Shown here: positions 26,690 to 34,268 of the stretch, one piece after another
How positions within the stretch are numbered: position 1 is the first letter of the stretch
Layout: every line of letters starts with the position of its first letter
IMG/VR virus record: IMGVR_UViG_3300025270_000006
Strand: one strand, 5' to 3'
Source: a virus
DNA length: 38,070 nt
Position numbers and translations under genes: made by a program
The notes under the pieces: generated by a model
The model's database searches: none
What the model was told of the DNA's origin: nothing
The model's input: the letters and a program-made list of their open reading frames with translations, nothing else

Positions 26690-27265
26690 ATGGGAAAGAT
26701 TAAGAGACTAGTAGAGGAGAATCCACACGGGATATGCGAGGCAATGGTTGACTCGCTCCAGACTACCATTAAGACATTACAGGAAAGAACTAATACGAAT
26801 TCTTATACAGTCAGAGTCTATTGCGATAGGCAAGGGGTCGAGGTTGAGGAAGTAGTTAACCTACCAGACCACATTGCAACAAGTTTGTCCATCATCGGGG
26901 TTGTTGCTAGGGTGATGACCATTGCTGAACAACAACATAGCGGACAGTGTGGAACTAAACATGATCCATGTATATCTGAAGGAATAGCCAATGCATCCTT
27001 TAGGCTAGACCCCAAACAGGAACAGAGTATGACTGAAGAAAAAACATTTATTCACTATGACACAAGAACACCTCTTGGATTAGAGATACTAGAAGAAGAA
27101 GTCTTTGACCTACAAGTTATATTGGAGAACTTTGGTACAGGTGAAGGAGATTTGAAGGTAGAGTATCCAGAATTTTACACATTCCTAATGACTGCAAACG
27201 TAGGTGATAGCAAGTCTGGTATGTATGGACAGGGAACGTATGACTGTTGGAAGCGAATATCTTAA
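26690..27265 (+). CDS. Hypothetical early protein (191 aa)
   Basis: An AGGAG SD lies upstream and this is the first ORF downstream of the ribozyme. No motif was recognised. Confidence 0.65.
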   Translation: MGKIKRLVEENPHGICEAMVDSLQTTIKTLQERTNTNSYTVRVYCDRQGVEVEEVVNLPDHIATSLSIIGVVARVMTIAEQQHSGQCGTKHDPCISEGIANASFRLDPKQEQSMTEEKTFIHYDTRTPLGLEILEEEVFDLQVILENFGTGEGDLKVEYPEFYTFLMTANVGDSKSGMYGQGTYDCWKRIS

Positions 27266-27282
27266 AGAGAGAGGAGAAAATA

Positions 27283-27522
27283 ATGGTTGATCCAATAAGT
27301 CGGGAAGAGAAAGTCTTGAGAGCTGTACGCAAGATGTTAAGCGATCACTATGACATCAGTGAATACAACCTGGAAATAAACATCAGTGGTGGTGCAACCC
27401 GGATCAATATAATCCTGATGCCCACCCAGGAGCAGTTTCCGGAACAGCACTGTAGCGTTCACGGCGTTCAATTAGGCCGAGGTTGGCACGGGCCGAAAGA
27501 CTGCGAAGGGGGTGAGAGTTAA
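27283..27522 (+). CDS. Hypothetical early protein (79 aa from the ATG at 27283)
   Basis: A GAGGAGAAAA SD lies directly upstream of the ATG at 27283. The ORF-track TTG start at 27247 overlaps the previous gene. Confidence 0.6.
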   Translation: MVDPISREEKVLRAVRKMLSDHYDISEYNLEINISGGATRINIILMPTQEQFPEQHCSVHGVQLGRGWHGPKDCEGGES

Positions 27523-27539
27523 AACAATTCAAGATCCGA

Positions 27540-27571
27540 GGGGTGGTCACTAAGGACCACCCCTTTTTTTT
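27540..27571 (+). terminator. Rho-independent terminator closing the first early transcription unit
   Basis: A 9-bp GC-rich stem (GGGGTGGTC / GACCACCCC) with a 6-nt loop is followed by eight T residues (27564-27571). Confidence 0.85.
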
Positions 27572-27638
27572 GGGCCGGGCAGGTGGTGCACTCTGCACCG
27601 TTTACCCGACCCAATGAATACAGAACAGGGGGTGAGCC

Positions 27639-27767
27639 TTGACGATAGTAATTTGTGGTGAGTGCTTACGATTAATACATTCTACAAGGTGGCACTGGCT
27701 TCTATGCTTCTTCCGCAAACACCAACTACCTCGCCGATGCCAGTGCCGTTGGTGTAAGAAAAGTTGA
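27639..27767 (+). CDS. Possible TTG-initiated Cys-rich micro-ORF (42 aa)
   Basis: I translated this by hand: (M)TIVICGECLRLIHSTRWHWLLCFFRKHQLPRRCQCRWCKKS, with a CxxC...CxCxxC pattern. It is preceded by the AATACA plus GGGGG element. Its 3' end overlaps the -35 box of the next promoter. This call is speculative. Confidence 0.2.
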   Translation: MTIVICGECLRLIHSTRWHWLLCFFRKHQLPRRCQCRWCKKS

Positions 27768-27792
27768 CTTTAGTACGCCCTAATTGTATAAT
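27764..27792 (+). promoter_or_regulatory. Near-consensus sigma70 promoter (TTGACT, 17-bp spacer, TATAAT) for the replication/modification operon
   Basis: The -35 is at 27764-27769, the spacer is 17 nt, and the -10 is at 27787-27792. It lies 38 nt upstream of a strong SD (AAGGAGG) and the ATG at 27830. Confidence 0.75.
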
Positions 27793-27829
27793 AGCTTATA
27801 GATCACAATATCTTTAGTAAGGAGGAAAC

Positions 27830-28081
27830 ATGATCAGAATCCATAACGGCTGTAGCTGTAGGAGTAATGCCTGTATCGTGGAATTGTACGAGCCCGTCGA
27901 GGCTCGTAACTACATAGGTGTATCAGCTTCTACGTTGAATACGTATAGGAATGAGGGATGGTTGCAAGGCATTCCATTTCAGCGTGGGTATGTGTACACC
28001 AAGGATCAGCTTGATGCTGCAATCAAGGTAAAAAATGCAGACAGAATTAATACAAACGTGAAGGAGATTTATGCCCGCTGA
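27830..28081 (+). CDS. Helix-turn-helix DNA-binding protein (83 aa), MerR/excisionase-like
   Basis: EARNYIGVSASTLNTYRNEGWLQG...YVYTKDQLD fits the Xis/AlpA/MerR-type HTH pattern. It has a strong SD. Confidence 0.6.
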   Translation: MIRIHNGCSCRSNACIVELYEPVEARNYIGVSASTLNTYRNEGWLQGIPFQRGYVYTKDQLDAAIKVKNADRINTNVKEIYAR

Positions 28082-28703
28082 CCCAATAGCGATTGCCGGT
28101 ATCGTTGAAAGATATTTTGAACCGGAAGAGACCCGGCCAGGTAGAATAATTTTGCGCCCGGATAACGCGGATGAAACGATAGACTTAAAGATTTGGTTAG
28201 CCCGGGAGACTAGAGAAAAACCAAAATACCTAGTGATCCTAGAGGCCCAGCTCGGAGACGTACATAGCTTGGAAGGCCAGCATATCATGGTATCAGCCAG
28301 ACCTTCCGGGGAATATGAGGGTAGGTCTCAGTACAACCTGGTTTCAGTAACAATAGCGAAACAGCCTGATGCTACGAGCGTTGAGCCCACCGCCACAGCT
28401 CCACCCCTAGCTCCAACCCCACAGGTGGTAGCACCTACCGGGTGGACACCATCCCAATCAGATCAGTGGAGAGCTGATGGACAAGAGACTGGCAACTCCA
28501 AGACCAATGCGACGGCTCTCATAGTAGCGTACTACGAGCGCACAGGAGAGTTCCCAGATCCCGAGTGGATAGAGATGGCAGCACTGGCAGTTAACAAGTT
28601 GGCTGCACATATACGTGCGAATACCATTGGGGTGGAAGATATCGTAGATGAAGAGGACGTTGTGGACAACACCCCTGATGACCAAGGGGTAATGAAGGTA
28701 TGA
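28071..28703 (+). CDS. Hypothetical protein (210 aa), possibly OB-fold/ssDNA-binding-like with an acidic C-terminal tail
   Basis: An AAGGAG SD lies upstream. The N-terminal 100 aa or so are beta-rich, followed by a P/T/A linker and an acidic tail (EDIVDEEDVVDNTPDD). The functional idea is inference only. Confidence 0.35.
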   Translation: MPADPIAIAGIVERYFEPEETRPGRIILRPDNADETIDLKIWLARETREKPKYLVILEAQLGDVHSLEGQHIMVSARPSGEYEGRSQYNLVSVTIAKQPDATSVEPTATAPPLAPTPQVVAPTGWTPSQSDQWRADGQETGNSKTNATALIVAYYERTGEFPDPEWIEMAALAVNKLAAHIRANTIGVEDIVDEEDVVDNTPDDQGVMKV

Positions 28704-29002
28704 ACCTACAGGACATCTACCCTACCCATAGATTGAACGATCCGTGGACTTCTACTCAGCCGGTGGCCAACAAGCCCCGGCTGAAAGAGGTAGTATTGAA
28801 TACAATAGAAGAGTACCCCGGCGCAACAGCCGGGGAGATAGGAGACAAGAACCCAACAATATCAGGACTATGGAAGAGACTCCCGGAACTTGAGCGTGAT
28901 GGCCTCATCTTTCGGGGAGAGCCTCGAGTGTATGGGGGGAGCGGTAAATACCAGGCAACCTGGTACATCAAAGAAAAACAATTACAGATGTGGAGTATAT
29001 AA
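28700..29002 (+). CDS. Winged-helix DNA-binding protein (100 aa)
   Basis: It has an ATGA overlap with the upstream gene. VLNTIEEYPGATAGEIGDK......LWKRLPELERDGLI resembles MarR/wHTH recognition regions. Confidence 0.5.
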   Translation: MNLQDIYPTHRLNDPWTSTQPVANKPRLKEVVLNTIEEYPGATAGEIGDKNPTISGLWKRLPELERDGLIFRGEPRVYGGSGKYQATWYIKEKQLQMWSI

Positions 29003-29003
29003 A

Positions 29004-29789
29004 ATGGCAAAAGAAATAAAAGAACCAATAACACAGGAACATACCCTAAAGTCTAAAACAAATGTAAACATTACCCGGATCACCAGAAAACACGGGGACA
29101 ATGAGGTGCATAAATACATGGTGACGTACCCGGGGGGAGAACCTAGTGCTGAACTATCGAGCGTGACCGCCTTGAATACGCATACCGCAGGAGATAACTT
29201 TGGTATAGCTGTTAGCTGGGCCACGAAATTAATCCGGAATAGTAAGCCGACTAACTTCAATGCAGCCAAAGAGGAAACTGCCAAGAGTATAGCTGAAGGC
29301 AATGCTCTACATGAATGTATCGAGAGGTACATAAAAAGTAACGGCAAAGAAATAGATGAAGAGAATGATATGTTTACAGCCTGGCTGAAAGATGTCGGAT
29401 CTAAACATAACTGGATTGCTTCAGAGGTGTTCCTCTACCACCCGGTACTAAACTATGGTGGCACAGCAGATGCTATATCATTTGATCCTAAAACTATGGA
29501 GCCTGTCTTATGGGACTGGAAAACCAAAAATCGCGACACTTATGAAACTTATGGGCCCGCATTATATTCTAAAGACCATGCCCAACTCGCAGCTTATGCT
29601 AATGCCCTGGATAACATGGGTAGTATCTACACCCCCACTAAGGCAAACATTGTATACATCATGAGAGACGGCTCTTATGCTGATGTTGTCCCGGTAGACC
29701 TGCGACTCAGCACAGAAATCTTTGGGCTGTCTGCCAGGATGGCTCACTTGGTAGGACAACTAACGGGATCTATCAAGGGGGCGAGATGA
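29004..29789 (+). CDS. PD-(D/E)xK nuclease, RecB/Cas4-like exonuclease family without a Cys cluster (261 aa)
   Basis: The core reads GGTADAISFD...PVLWDWKTK (D...D/ExK) and is followed by a QxxxY motif (HAQLAAYANAL). The ATG at 29004 has a GGAG SD 8 nt upstream. The ORF-track start at 28890 lies inside the previous gene. Confidence 0.7.
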   Translation: MAKEIKEPITQEHTLKSKTNVNITRITRKHGDNEVHKYMVTYPGGEPSAELSSVTALNTHTAGDNFGIAVSWATKLIRNSKPTNFNAAKEETAKSIAEGNALHECIERYIKSNGKEIDEENDMFTAWLKDVGSKHNWIASEVFLYHPVLNYGGTADAISFDPKTMEPVLWDWKTKNRDTYETYGPALYSKDHAQLAAYANALDNMGSIYTPTKANIVYIMRDGSYADVVPVDLRLSTEIFGLSARMAHLVGQLTGSIKGAR

Positions 29790-30046
29790 TCTGCACCCTT
29801 GATTATCCACACGCACCTATATGGTGCGATGCCTGTTACAACCAACAGCAACAGGCCCTGATACTAGCAGAGATGCGGCGGACCAACAACCTCAAGGAAA
29901 GAGAAATAGAATTAAGAACGCTAGGAGAATGGGTGAACACTGAACAGTCACCACGCCGTGTGTATTTACAGGCTACACCTCGTCCGGCAGAATCTCCTAA
30001 GACTACAGGGGGGACAAACATTGAACCCAGACGAATTGATGGATGA
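29786..30046 (+). CDS. Hypothetical protein (86 aa)
   Basis: An AAGGGGG SD lies upstream and the start overlaps the previous stop as ATGA. It contains a CxxC pair (WCDACY). Confidence 0.5.
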   Translation: MICTLDYPHAPIWCDACYNQQQQALILAEMRRTNNLKEREIELRTLGEWVNTEQSPRRVYLQATPRPAESPKTTGGTNIEPRRIDG

Positions 30047-31340
30047 TATTACCGACCCAAAGAAAAGAACAGATAACTTTGAACTTGGTGGTATACGAGG
30101 CACTGGCAACTACACCCTGACGTGGCCCGAATTAAATGTCCGGGCTACCGCTAAGTACTTTCGTACCAGCCATGACAAAGAAGTGAAAGCTGAGATTCAG
30201 TTCTCATCGGAACGCATCACTAGTCAGGGCCATCTACGTGGGGGGCGAGTCATATTGACTAGCCCCACTAGTAGAAACTCATTCGCTAAATTACTATTCG
30301 ATGCAGATCCAAGCGTTGAAAAAGCAGAGTGGGACATCATCATGGAGCAGCTCTGCGAATCAATATTAACTGACTATCGATCAGGCTCACCAGAGATGCT
30401 GCTAACCGGTGACGCCAAAGAGGAACAGGCCGAGTGGCTCATTTATCCACTAATACAAGTAGAAAACCCAACACTAATTTTTGGTATTGGATCTGCCGGC
30501 AAAAGTTTATTCGCTCAGTACCTAGCAGTGCTGGTCGATGCCGGCTATGAACATGGCGGCCTAAAGGTACAACGTAAGAACGTGCTGTACCTGGACTGGG
30601 AAACATCTTATCAAGAACTACATAGCCGTGTTACACAGATACGTAGTGTGTTGGGATTGCCAGGCAAGTCACACATATGGTACAAGTCGATGACCTCTGG
30701 TATAGCCGATGAGGTTGAAACCCTAAAGGATATAGTATCTGATAAAGAAATAGAATTTGTTGTTATAGATTCTATGGGAACAGCAGTAATGGGCGACGCA
30801 ACCGCACAAGACGTAGTGTTACGGGCATTCATGGCATTACGAGAACTAAAGATATCTTCTATGATTATTGATCATCCAAACAAACAGGAGACAGGGCTCA
30901 AGGCATTGCATGGTTCTGTCTATAAGGTTAATGCTTCTCGCCATGTGTTTGAGGTATTAAAGGATCAACAGGTAGGAGAGAACGTAACCAAGTTTGGTTT
31001 GTTCCACCGTAAAGCAAACAATACCGGGCTGATAAAAGAGATGGGGTGGCAGTTCAGCTTTGAGGATAATCGCTTGTCATCCATACAAAGGCTTAGTTCA
31101 AGCGATATATCTAAAACAGAGATGCGTACTGCCCAGACACAATATGACCAGGTTAAAAACTACCTGATGTCCGGGGCTAAAACAGCCCAGGAAATAGGGG
31201 ACTACATGGAGAGGAGTATGGCTCCTCGCCTGTCTGAATGGGTAAGAGATAACAAGTTAACCAAGGTGGGAGAAAAGTACGCCTTGCCTGCTACCTATGA
31301 TGAAGTACCATATGAGGGGGGAGCATGGACCAAAATATAG
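30039..31340 (+). CDS. RecA-fold replicative helicase-like ATPase (AAA_25/RepA/DnaB-C-like), 433 aa from the ATG at 30039
   Basis: Walker A (GIGSAGKS), Walker B (EFVVIDSMG) and the downstream IIDHPNK are typical of RepA/DnaB-type hexameric helicase cores. The start is uncertain. The ATG at 30039 overlaps the upstream stop as ATGGATGA, and the ORF is open from 29958. Confidence 0.65.
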   Translation: MDDITDPKKRTDNFELGGIRGTGNYTLTWPELNVRATAKYFRTSHDKEVKAEIQFSSERITSQGHLRGGRVILTSPTSRNSFAKLLFDADPSVEKAEWDIIMEQLCESILTDYRSGSPEMLLTGDAKEEQAEWLIYPLIQVENPTLIFGIGSAGKSLFAQYLAVLVDAGYEHGGLKVQRKNVLYLDWETSYQELHSRVTQIRSVLGLPGKSHIWYKSMTSGIADEVETLKDIVSDKEIEFVVIDSMGTAVMGDATAQDVVLRAFMALRELKISSMIIDHPNKQETGLKALHGSVYKVNASRHVFEVLKDQQVGENVTKFGLFHRKANNTGLIKEMGWQFSFEDNRLSSIQRLSSSDISKTEMRTAQTQYDQVKNYLMSGAKTAQEIGDYMERSMAPRLSEWVRDNKLTKVGEKYALPATYDEVPYEGGAWTKI

Positions 31341-31756
31341 TAGACCTTAGACAAATTGAAAAAGGCGTACAGCTCTATGAAACTGTACGCCTTAATGGCT
31401 TCACGATTATCCCGGATGGTGCGGACCTAGGGGTGAAACCCCCTGATACAATAGACCCAGGCCAACTCGAGATAATAATGAAGATGTTAAAGAATAACAA
31501 ACAGGATCTCGTTACCTTGACGGCAGACCTACCGGGTATTCGAGCAATGCTGACGGCCACACAAGAGAGGATGATCCATACACATGAATGGCTGATGGAT
31601 CATCTGGATTTATGGGATAGACTAGAGAAACTATACCGGGAGATAGCACCACAGGATACCGAGTGCATACATGCACCAGAAAATTTTTGCTCAGAGGCTG
31701 CGATAGTTAACTGCAAAGCCTGTGAGGGGAGACATTATGGGAAACAACTCACGTAA
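31325..31756 (+). CDS. Hypothetical protein (143 aa)
   Basis: A GAGGGGGGAG SD lies upstream. The C-terminus has a Cys cluster (C..H....C.......C..C). No family was recognised. Confidence 0.55.
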   Translation: MDQNIVDLRQIEKGVQLYETVRLNGFTIIPDGADLGVKPPDTIDPGQLEIIMKMLKNNKQDLVTLTADLPGIRAMLTATQERMIHTHEWLMDHLDLWDRLEKLYREIAPQDTECIHAPENFCSEAAIVNCKACEGRHYGKQLT

Positions 31757-32243
31757 GTTTTACTATGGGGATAAGGTGCAGTTCGTACCTCGAACCGCAA
31801 AATACAATAGGCACTGGAAACACCAGGGGTACATAACAGGAACCTCTATTCATATTAAAGACAACAATCGCTATGCCACCTACCAGGTGGAATGCTTTTG
31901 TGGTCAACGCCTGGTTCCAAAAGCTATAGAGCTAGTCCTCGTACAAGCACGAGGGATTGAAGAAGACCAGGAGCCTACGATGGATAAGAGAAGGCGTCAC
32001 TTTCTGGAACAGCTATCACTTGATCTAGATGGTACGCCAATGCAACTGGCACAGCAGGTTACCCTGGTGTTGCGTGTACTCCCGGATAAATACAAGGGCG
32101 TTGTGATGGATCGCTTTGGATTGAACCCGGACCATGAGTTTCGGTTAACACATGCAGAGATTGGTGAAGGATTAAATGTCACCAAGCAACGAGCCCAACA
32201 GATAGAACGCCGGGCATTCGAGATGATGAGGGGGCGTACATGA
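31737..32243 (+). CDS. Sigma-70 region-4-like transcription factor (168 aa from the ATG at 31737)
   Basis: The C-terminus LPDKYKGVVMDRFGL....LTHAEIGEGLNVTKQRAQQIERRAFEMMR matches the sigma-70 region 4 / LuxR-type HTH layout. A GAGGGGAG SD lies upstream of 31737. Confidence 0.6.
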   Translation: MGNNSRKFYYGDKVQFVPRTAKYNRHWKHQGYITGTSIHIKDNNRYATYQVECFCGQRLVPKAIELVLVQARGIEEDQEPTMDKRRRHFLEQLSLDLDGTPMQLAQQVTLVLRVLPDKYKGVVMDRFGLNPDHEFRLTHAEIGEGLNVTKQRAQQIERRAFEMMRGRT

Positions 32244-33442
32244 TTACTGAACTCAGTTTGTTTACCGGATATTCAGGCATTAGCCTGGGCGTGAAACTCG
32301 CTAATATTAACACAAGGACAATAGCTTATGTCGAATGGGAGAAGTATGCACAAGAAATTATCAAAGCAAGAATCAAAGACAAACTCTTATCGGACGCACC
32401 CATCTTCTCCGATATATCTTCCTTTAGGGGTGAACAGTTTAGAGGAATGGTTGACCTCGTTACAGCAGGATTCCCCTGCCAGCCGCACTCGTTTGCTGGA
32501 GCCAGGCGATCTTCTGAGGATTCCAGAAACAAATGGCCTGATACGCTCAGAGTTATTCGTGAAGTGGCTCCCAGATATATCCTCCTGGAAAATGTCTCAG
32601 GTCTCCTTTCTAGCTCAGTTGATGAACGAACCCCAGCATACGGGGGAGTTGTGGTTGGACAACTTACCGAAATCGGGTATGACTGCTTCTGGGAAGTTGT
32701 GGGAGCTGACGATGCCGAAGCACCACATAGAAGAAAACGATGGTTCTGCTTTGGGGTCTTGGCCGACTCCAAGGGTATCGGACACAGAGGGGGGCTTGGT
32801 TCAGAACGTGGAGATGGAGAACGGATCGTTCAGCAGGAAGAACAAGGACGGAGTGAGGTGGGGAGTGAAGCTGCGAGACGCAACAGAGACTTGGCCGACT
32901 CCACAAGCGAGAGACTACAAGGACACAATGAACAGCCGACCCAATCAACAGGAACATTTAATGGATACAATCAGGGAGAACTGGATGACTCCCAACACGA
33001 TGGATGTGCTAGATCCCAAGAGCCAAGAGGCACTGGATCACGAGCACACCCACAGACAGGGGAGATCCAACCCCAACAATCTACGGGATCAGGTGTCGGT
33101 GCAACAGGGTCAAACGAACTGGCCGACTCCAATGGCATCAGATATGAACTGGAGAAGACCAACAGAGACTTGGCAGGGCGAGAGCGATCTTCCCTCAGTA
33201 ACATATACGTGGGCTACCCAAGAGGCATCCCATCCTGGCCCCCAGGACCAAGCCAATCAGACGAGTGGGGAAGAATCCTTACAGAGCGACCAGACCTTGC
33301 CCCAGCACTTACAAAGAAGGCTGAATCCCAGTTTCGTGGAATGGTTGATGGGCGTACCCATAGGGTGGACGAGCTTAAAGCCCTTGGAAACGGAGTCGTA
33401 CCTGCGGTGGTGGCACTGTTTCTCAGGAGATTACTAGGATGA
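32240..33442 (+). CDS. C5 cytosine DNA methyltransferase, frame A (400 aa)
   Basis: Frame A carries motif I (LFTGYSG, 32258), IV (GFPCQPHS, 32468), VI (LLENVSG, 32588), VIII (PHRRKRWF, 32726) and X (LGNGVVP, 33383-33403). The stretch between VIII and X is G/S/R/E/Q-rich low complexity, followed by WPPGP...W..IL.ERPDLAPAL. A GAGGGGG SD lies upstream, and the stop overlaps the next gene as ATGA. Confidence 0.8.
   Translation: MITELSLFTGYSGISLGVKLANINTRTIAYVEWEKYAQEIIKARIKDKLLSDAPIFSDISSFRGEQFRGMVDLVTAGFPCQPHSFAGARRSSEDSRNKWPDTLRVIREVAPRYILLENVSGLLSSSVDERTPAYGGVVVGQLTEIGYDCFWEVVGADDAEAPHRRKRWFCFGVLADSKGIGHRGGLGSERGDGERIVQQEEQGRSEVGSEAARRNRDLADSTSERLQGHNEQPTQSTGTFNGYNQGELDDSQHDGCARSQEPRGTGSRAHPQTGEIQPQQSTGSGVGATGSNELADSNGIRYELEKTNRDLAGRERSSLSNIYVGYPRGIPSWPPGPSQSDEWGRILTERPDLAPALTKKAESQFRGMVDGRTHRVDELKALGNGVVPAVVALFLRRLLG
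32328..33437 (+). CDS. Nested +1-frame ORF B (369 codons) inside the C5-MTase gene, carrying TRD-like and motif-IX-like sequence
   Basis: Frame B has stops at 32241, 32292 and 32322, then an ATG at 32328 with AAGGA 9 nt upstream, then no stop until 33435. It encodes WPTPRVSD, WPTPQARDYKD, WMTPNTMD, WPTPMASD and RRLNPSFVEWLMGVPIGWT. Whether it is translated, alone or by frameshifting, is unknown. Confidence 0.4.
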   Translation: MSNGRSMHKKLSKQESKTNSYRTHPSSPIYLPLGVNSLEEWLTSLQQDSPASRTRLLEPGDLLRIPETNGLIRSELFVKWLPDISSWKMSQVSFLAQLMNEPQHTGELWLDNLPKSGMTASGKLWELTMPKHHIEENDGSALGSWPTPRVSDTEGGLVQNVEMENGSFSRKNKDGVRWGVKLRDATETWPTPQARDYKDTMNSRPNQQEHLMDTIRENWMTPNTMDVLDPKSQEALDHEHTHRQGRSNPNNLRDQVSVQQGQTNWPTPMASDMNWRRPTETWQGESDLPSVTYTWATQEASHPGPQDQANQTSGEESLQSDQTLPQHLQRRLNPSFVEWLMGVPIGWTSLKPLETESYLRWWHCFSGDY

Positions 33443-33813
33443 AGAGACTGACACCACAAGAACAACTAGCCCGGTCTATGTCTGAAGCGGATCTGCAACA
33501 GAACGTCATCTCTCTTGCCAGGGCACAAGGATGGCTCGTGGCACACTTCAGACCGGGCATGACCAAGCGAGGCAACTGGGTCACTGCCGTCCAGTACGAT
33601 GCAGCCGGGTTCCCGGATCTGGTATTAGTTAAGGATAGAGTAATATATGTTGAACTCAAAGCCGAACTCGGCAAACTAACTGATGTACAGGAAGTGTGGA
33701 TGTCGGCACTCAACCACGCCGGTGAGGATACATTTGTGTGGAGACCATCGCATTGGATGAATGGAACAATCGAGAGGGTGTTGGCCGCTATAGAAATAGA
33801 GGAGATAGGATAA
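33439..33813 (+). CDS. VRR-NUC domain nuclease (124 aa)
   Basis: EADLQQNVISLARAQGWLVAHF...DAAGFPDLVLVKDRVIYVELKAELGKLTDVQEVWMSAL matches the VRR-NUC pattern (GW...h, G.PDL, vElK, s..Q..W). An AGGAG SD lies upstream. Confidence 0.75.
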   Translation: MKRLTPQEQLARSMSEADLQQNVISLARAQGWLVAHFRPGMTKRGNWVTAVQYDAAGFPDLVLVKDRVIYVELKAELGKLTDVQEVWMSALNHAGEDTFVWRPSHWMNGTIERVLAAIEIEEIG

Positions 33814-34097
33814 TGCCTATAATAAAAGGCGATTCGGATTACACACACGCACTGGCAGTGCTGATGAACCGGGAGAAGTATAACGAACTGGACATGCTTA
33901 GAGCTGCATACTTAATCATCAATCGTATAACTTACCCAAAGACCGGGGAAAAGGAACGATCCATACTGCCGGTCTCCAACAGGACCCAACTGATGGCAGT
34001 AGTCGCTATACTGGACGAGTTCCTGGACTGGGTTAAACTAGGAGAAACGGCTTCCGACCTCAACCACGCAGCAATCCGCCAAAAGAATGCCAGGTAG
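33813..34097 (+). CDS. Hypothetical protein (94 aa from the ATG at 33813)
   Basis: It has a TAATG overlap with the VRR-NUC stop and is the last gene of the plus-strand operon. Confidence 0.55.
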   Translation: MPIIKGDSDYTHALAVLMNREKYNELDMLRAAYLIINRITYPKTGEKERSILPVSNRTQLMAVVAILDEFLDWVKLGETASDLNHAAIRQKNAR

Positions 34098-34268
34098 TGT
34101 ATACTGATAGCGAGAGGTGCGATGAAAAGTCTCTAGGGTGAGGACAATACTTCACATTGGTATTGCCTGATATCAGTGGCTGACCCGGCGTTTTGTAGTC
34201 GTGGTATAAATGTTAGAGACTTTCTAAATATACCAGAAACAGGCTACCTCTCTCCGACCCCTAGGCAT

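Noticed and set aside
27830-28081. Xis/MerR-like HTH protein considered as evidence for a temperate lifestyle
   Set aside because: I recognised no integrase, recombinase, attP-like site or CI-type repressor in the whole closed genome. The HTH alone does not support lysogeny.
28675-28700. Additional hammerhead cores: CTGATGA followed by GAA at 28675, and similar hits at 33848 (CTGATGA), 24911 (CTGACGA) and 2765 (minus strand)
   Set aside because: No stem II hairpin closed by a G:C pair can form between the boxes, a GAAA box is missing, or both. Most of these lie inside well-supported coding sequence.
32326-33465. Four minus-strand ORFs (148, 97, 77 and 83 aa) antisense to the methyltransferase locus
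   Set aside because: They are probably a by-product of the stop-poor, purine-rich composition of this region, and they lack SDs and motifs. They do show that composition contributes to frame openness here, which tempers the dual-coding argument without explaining a 369-codon motif-bearing frame.
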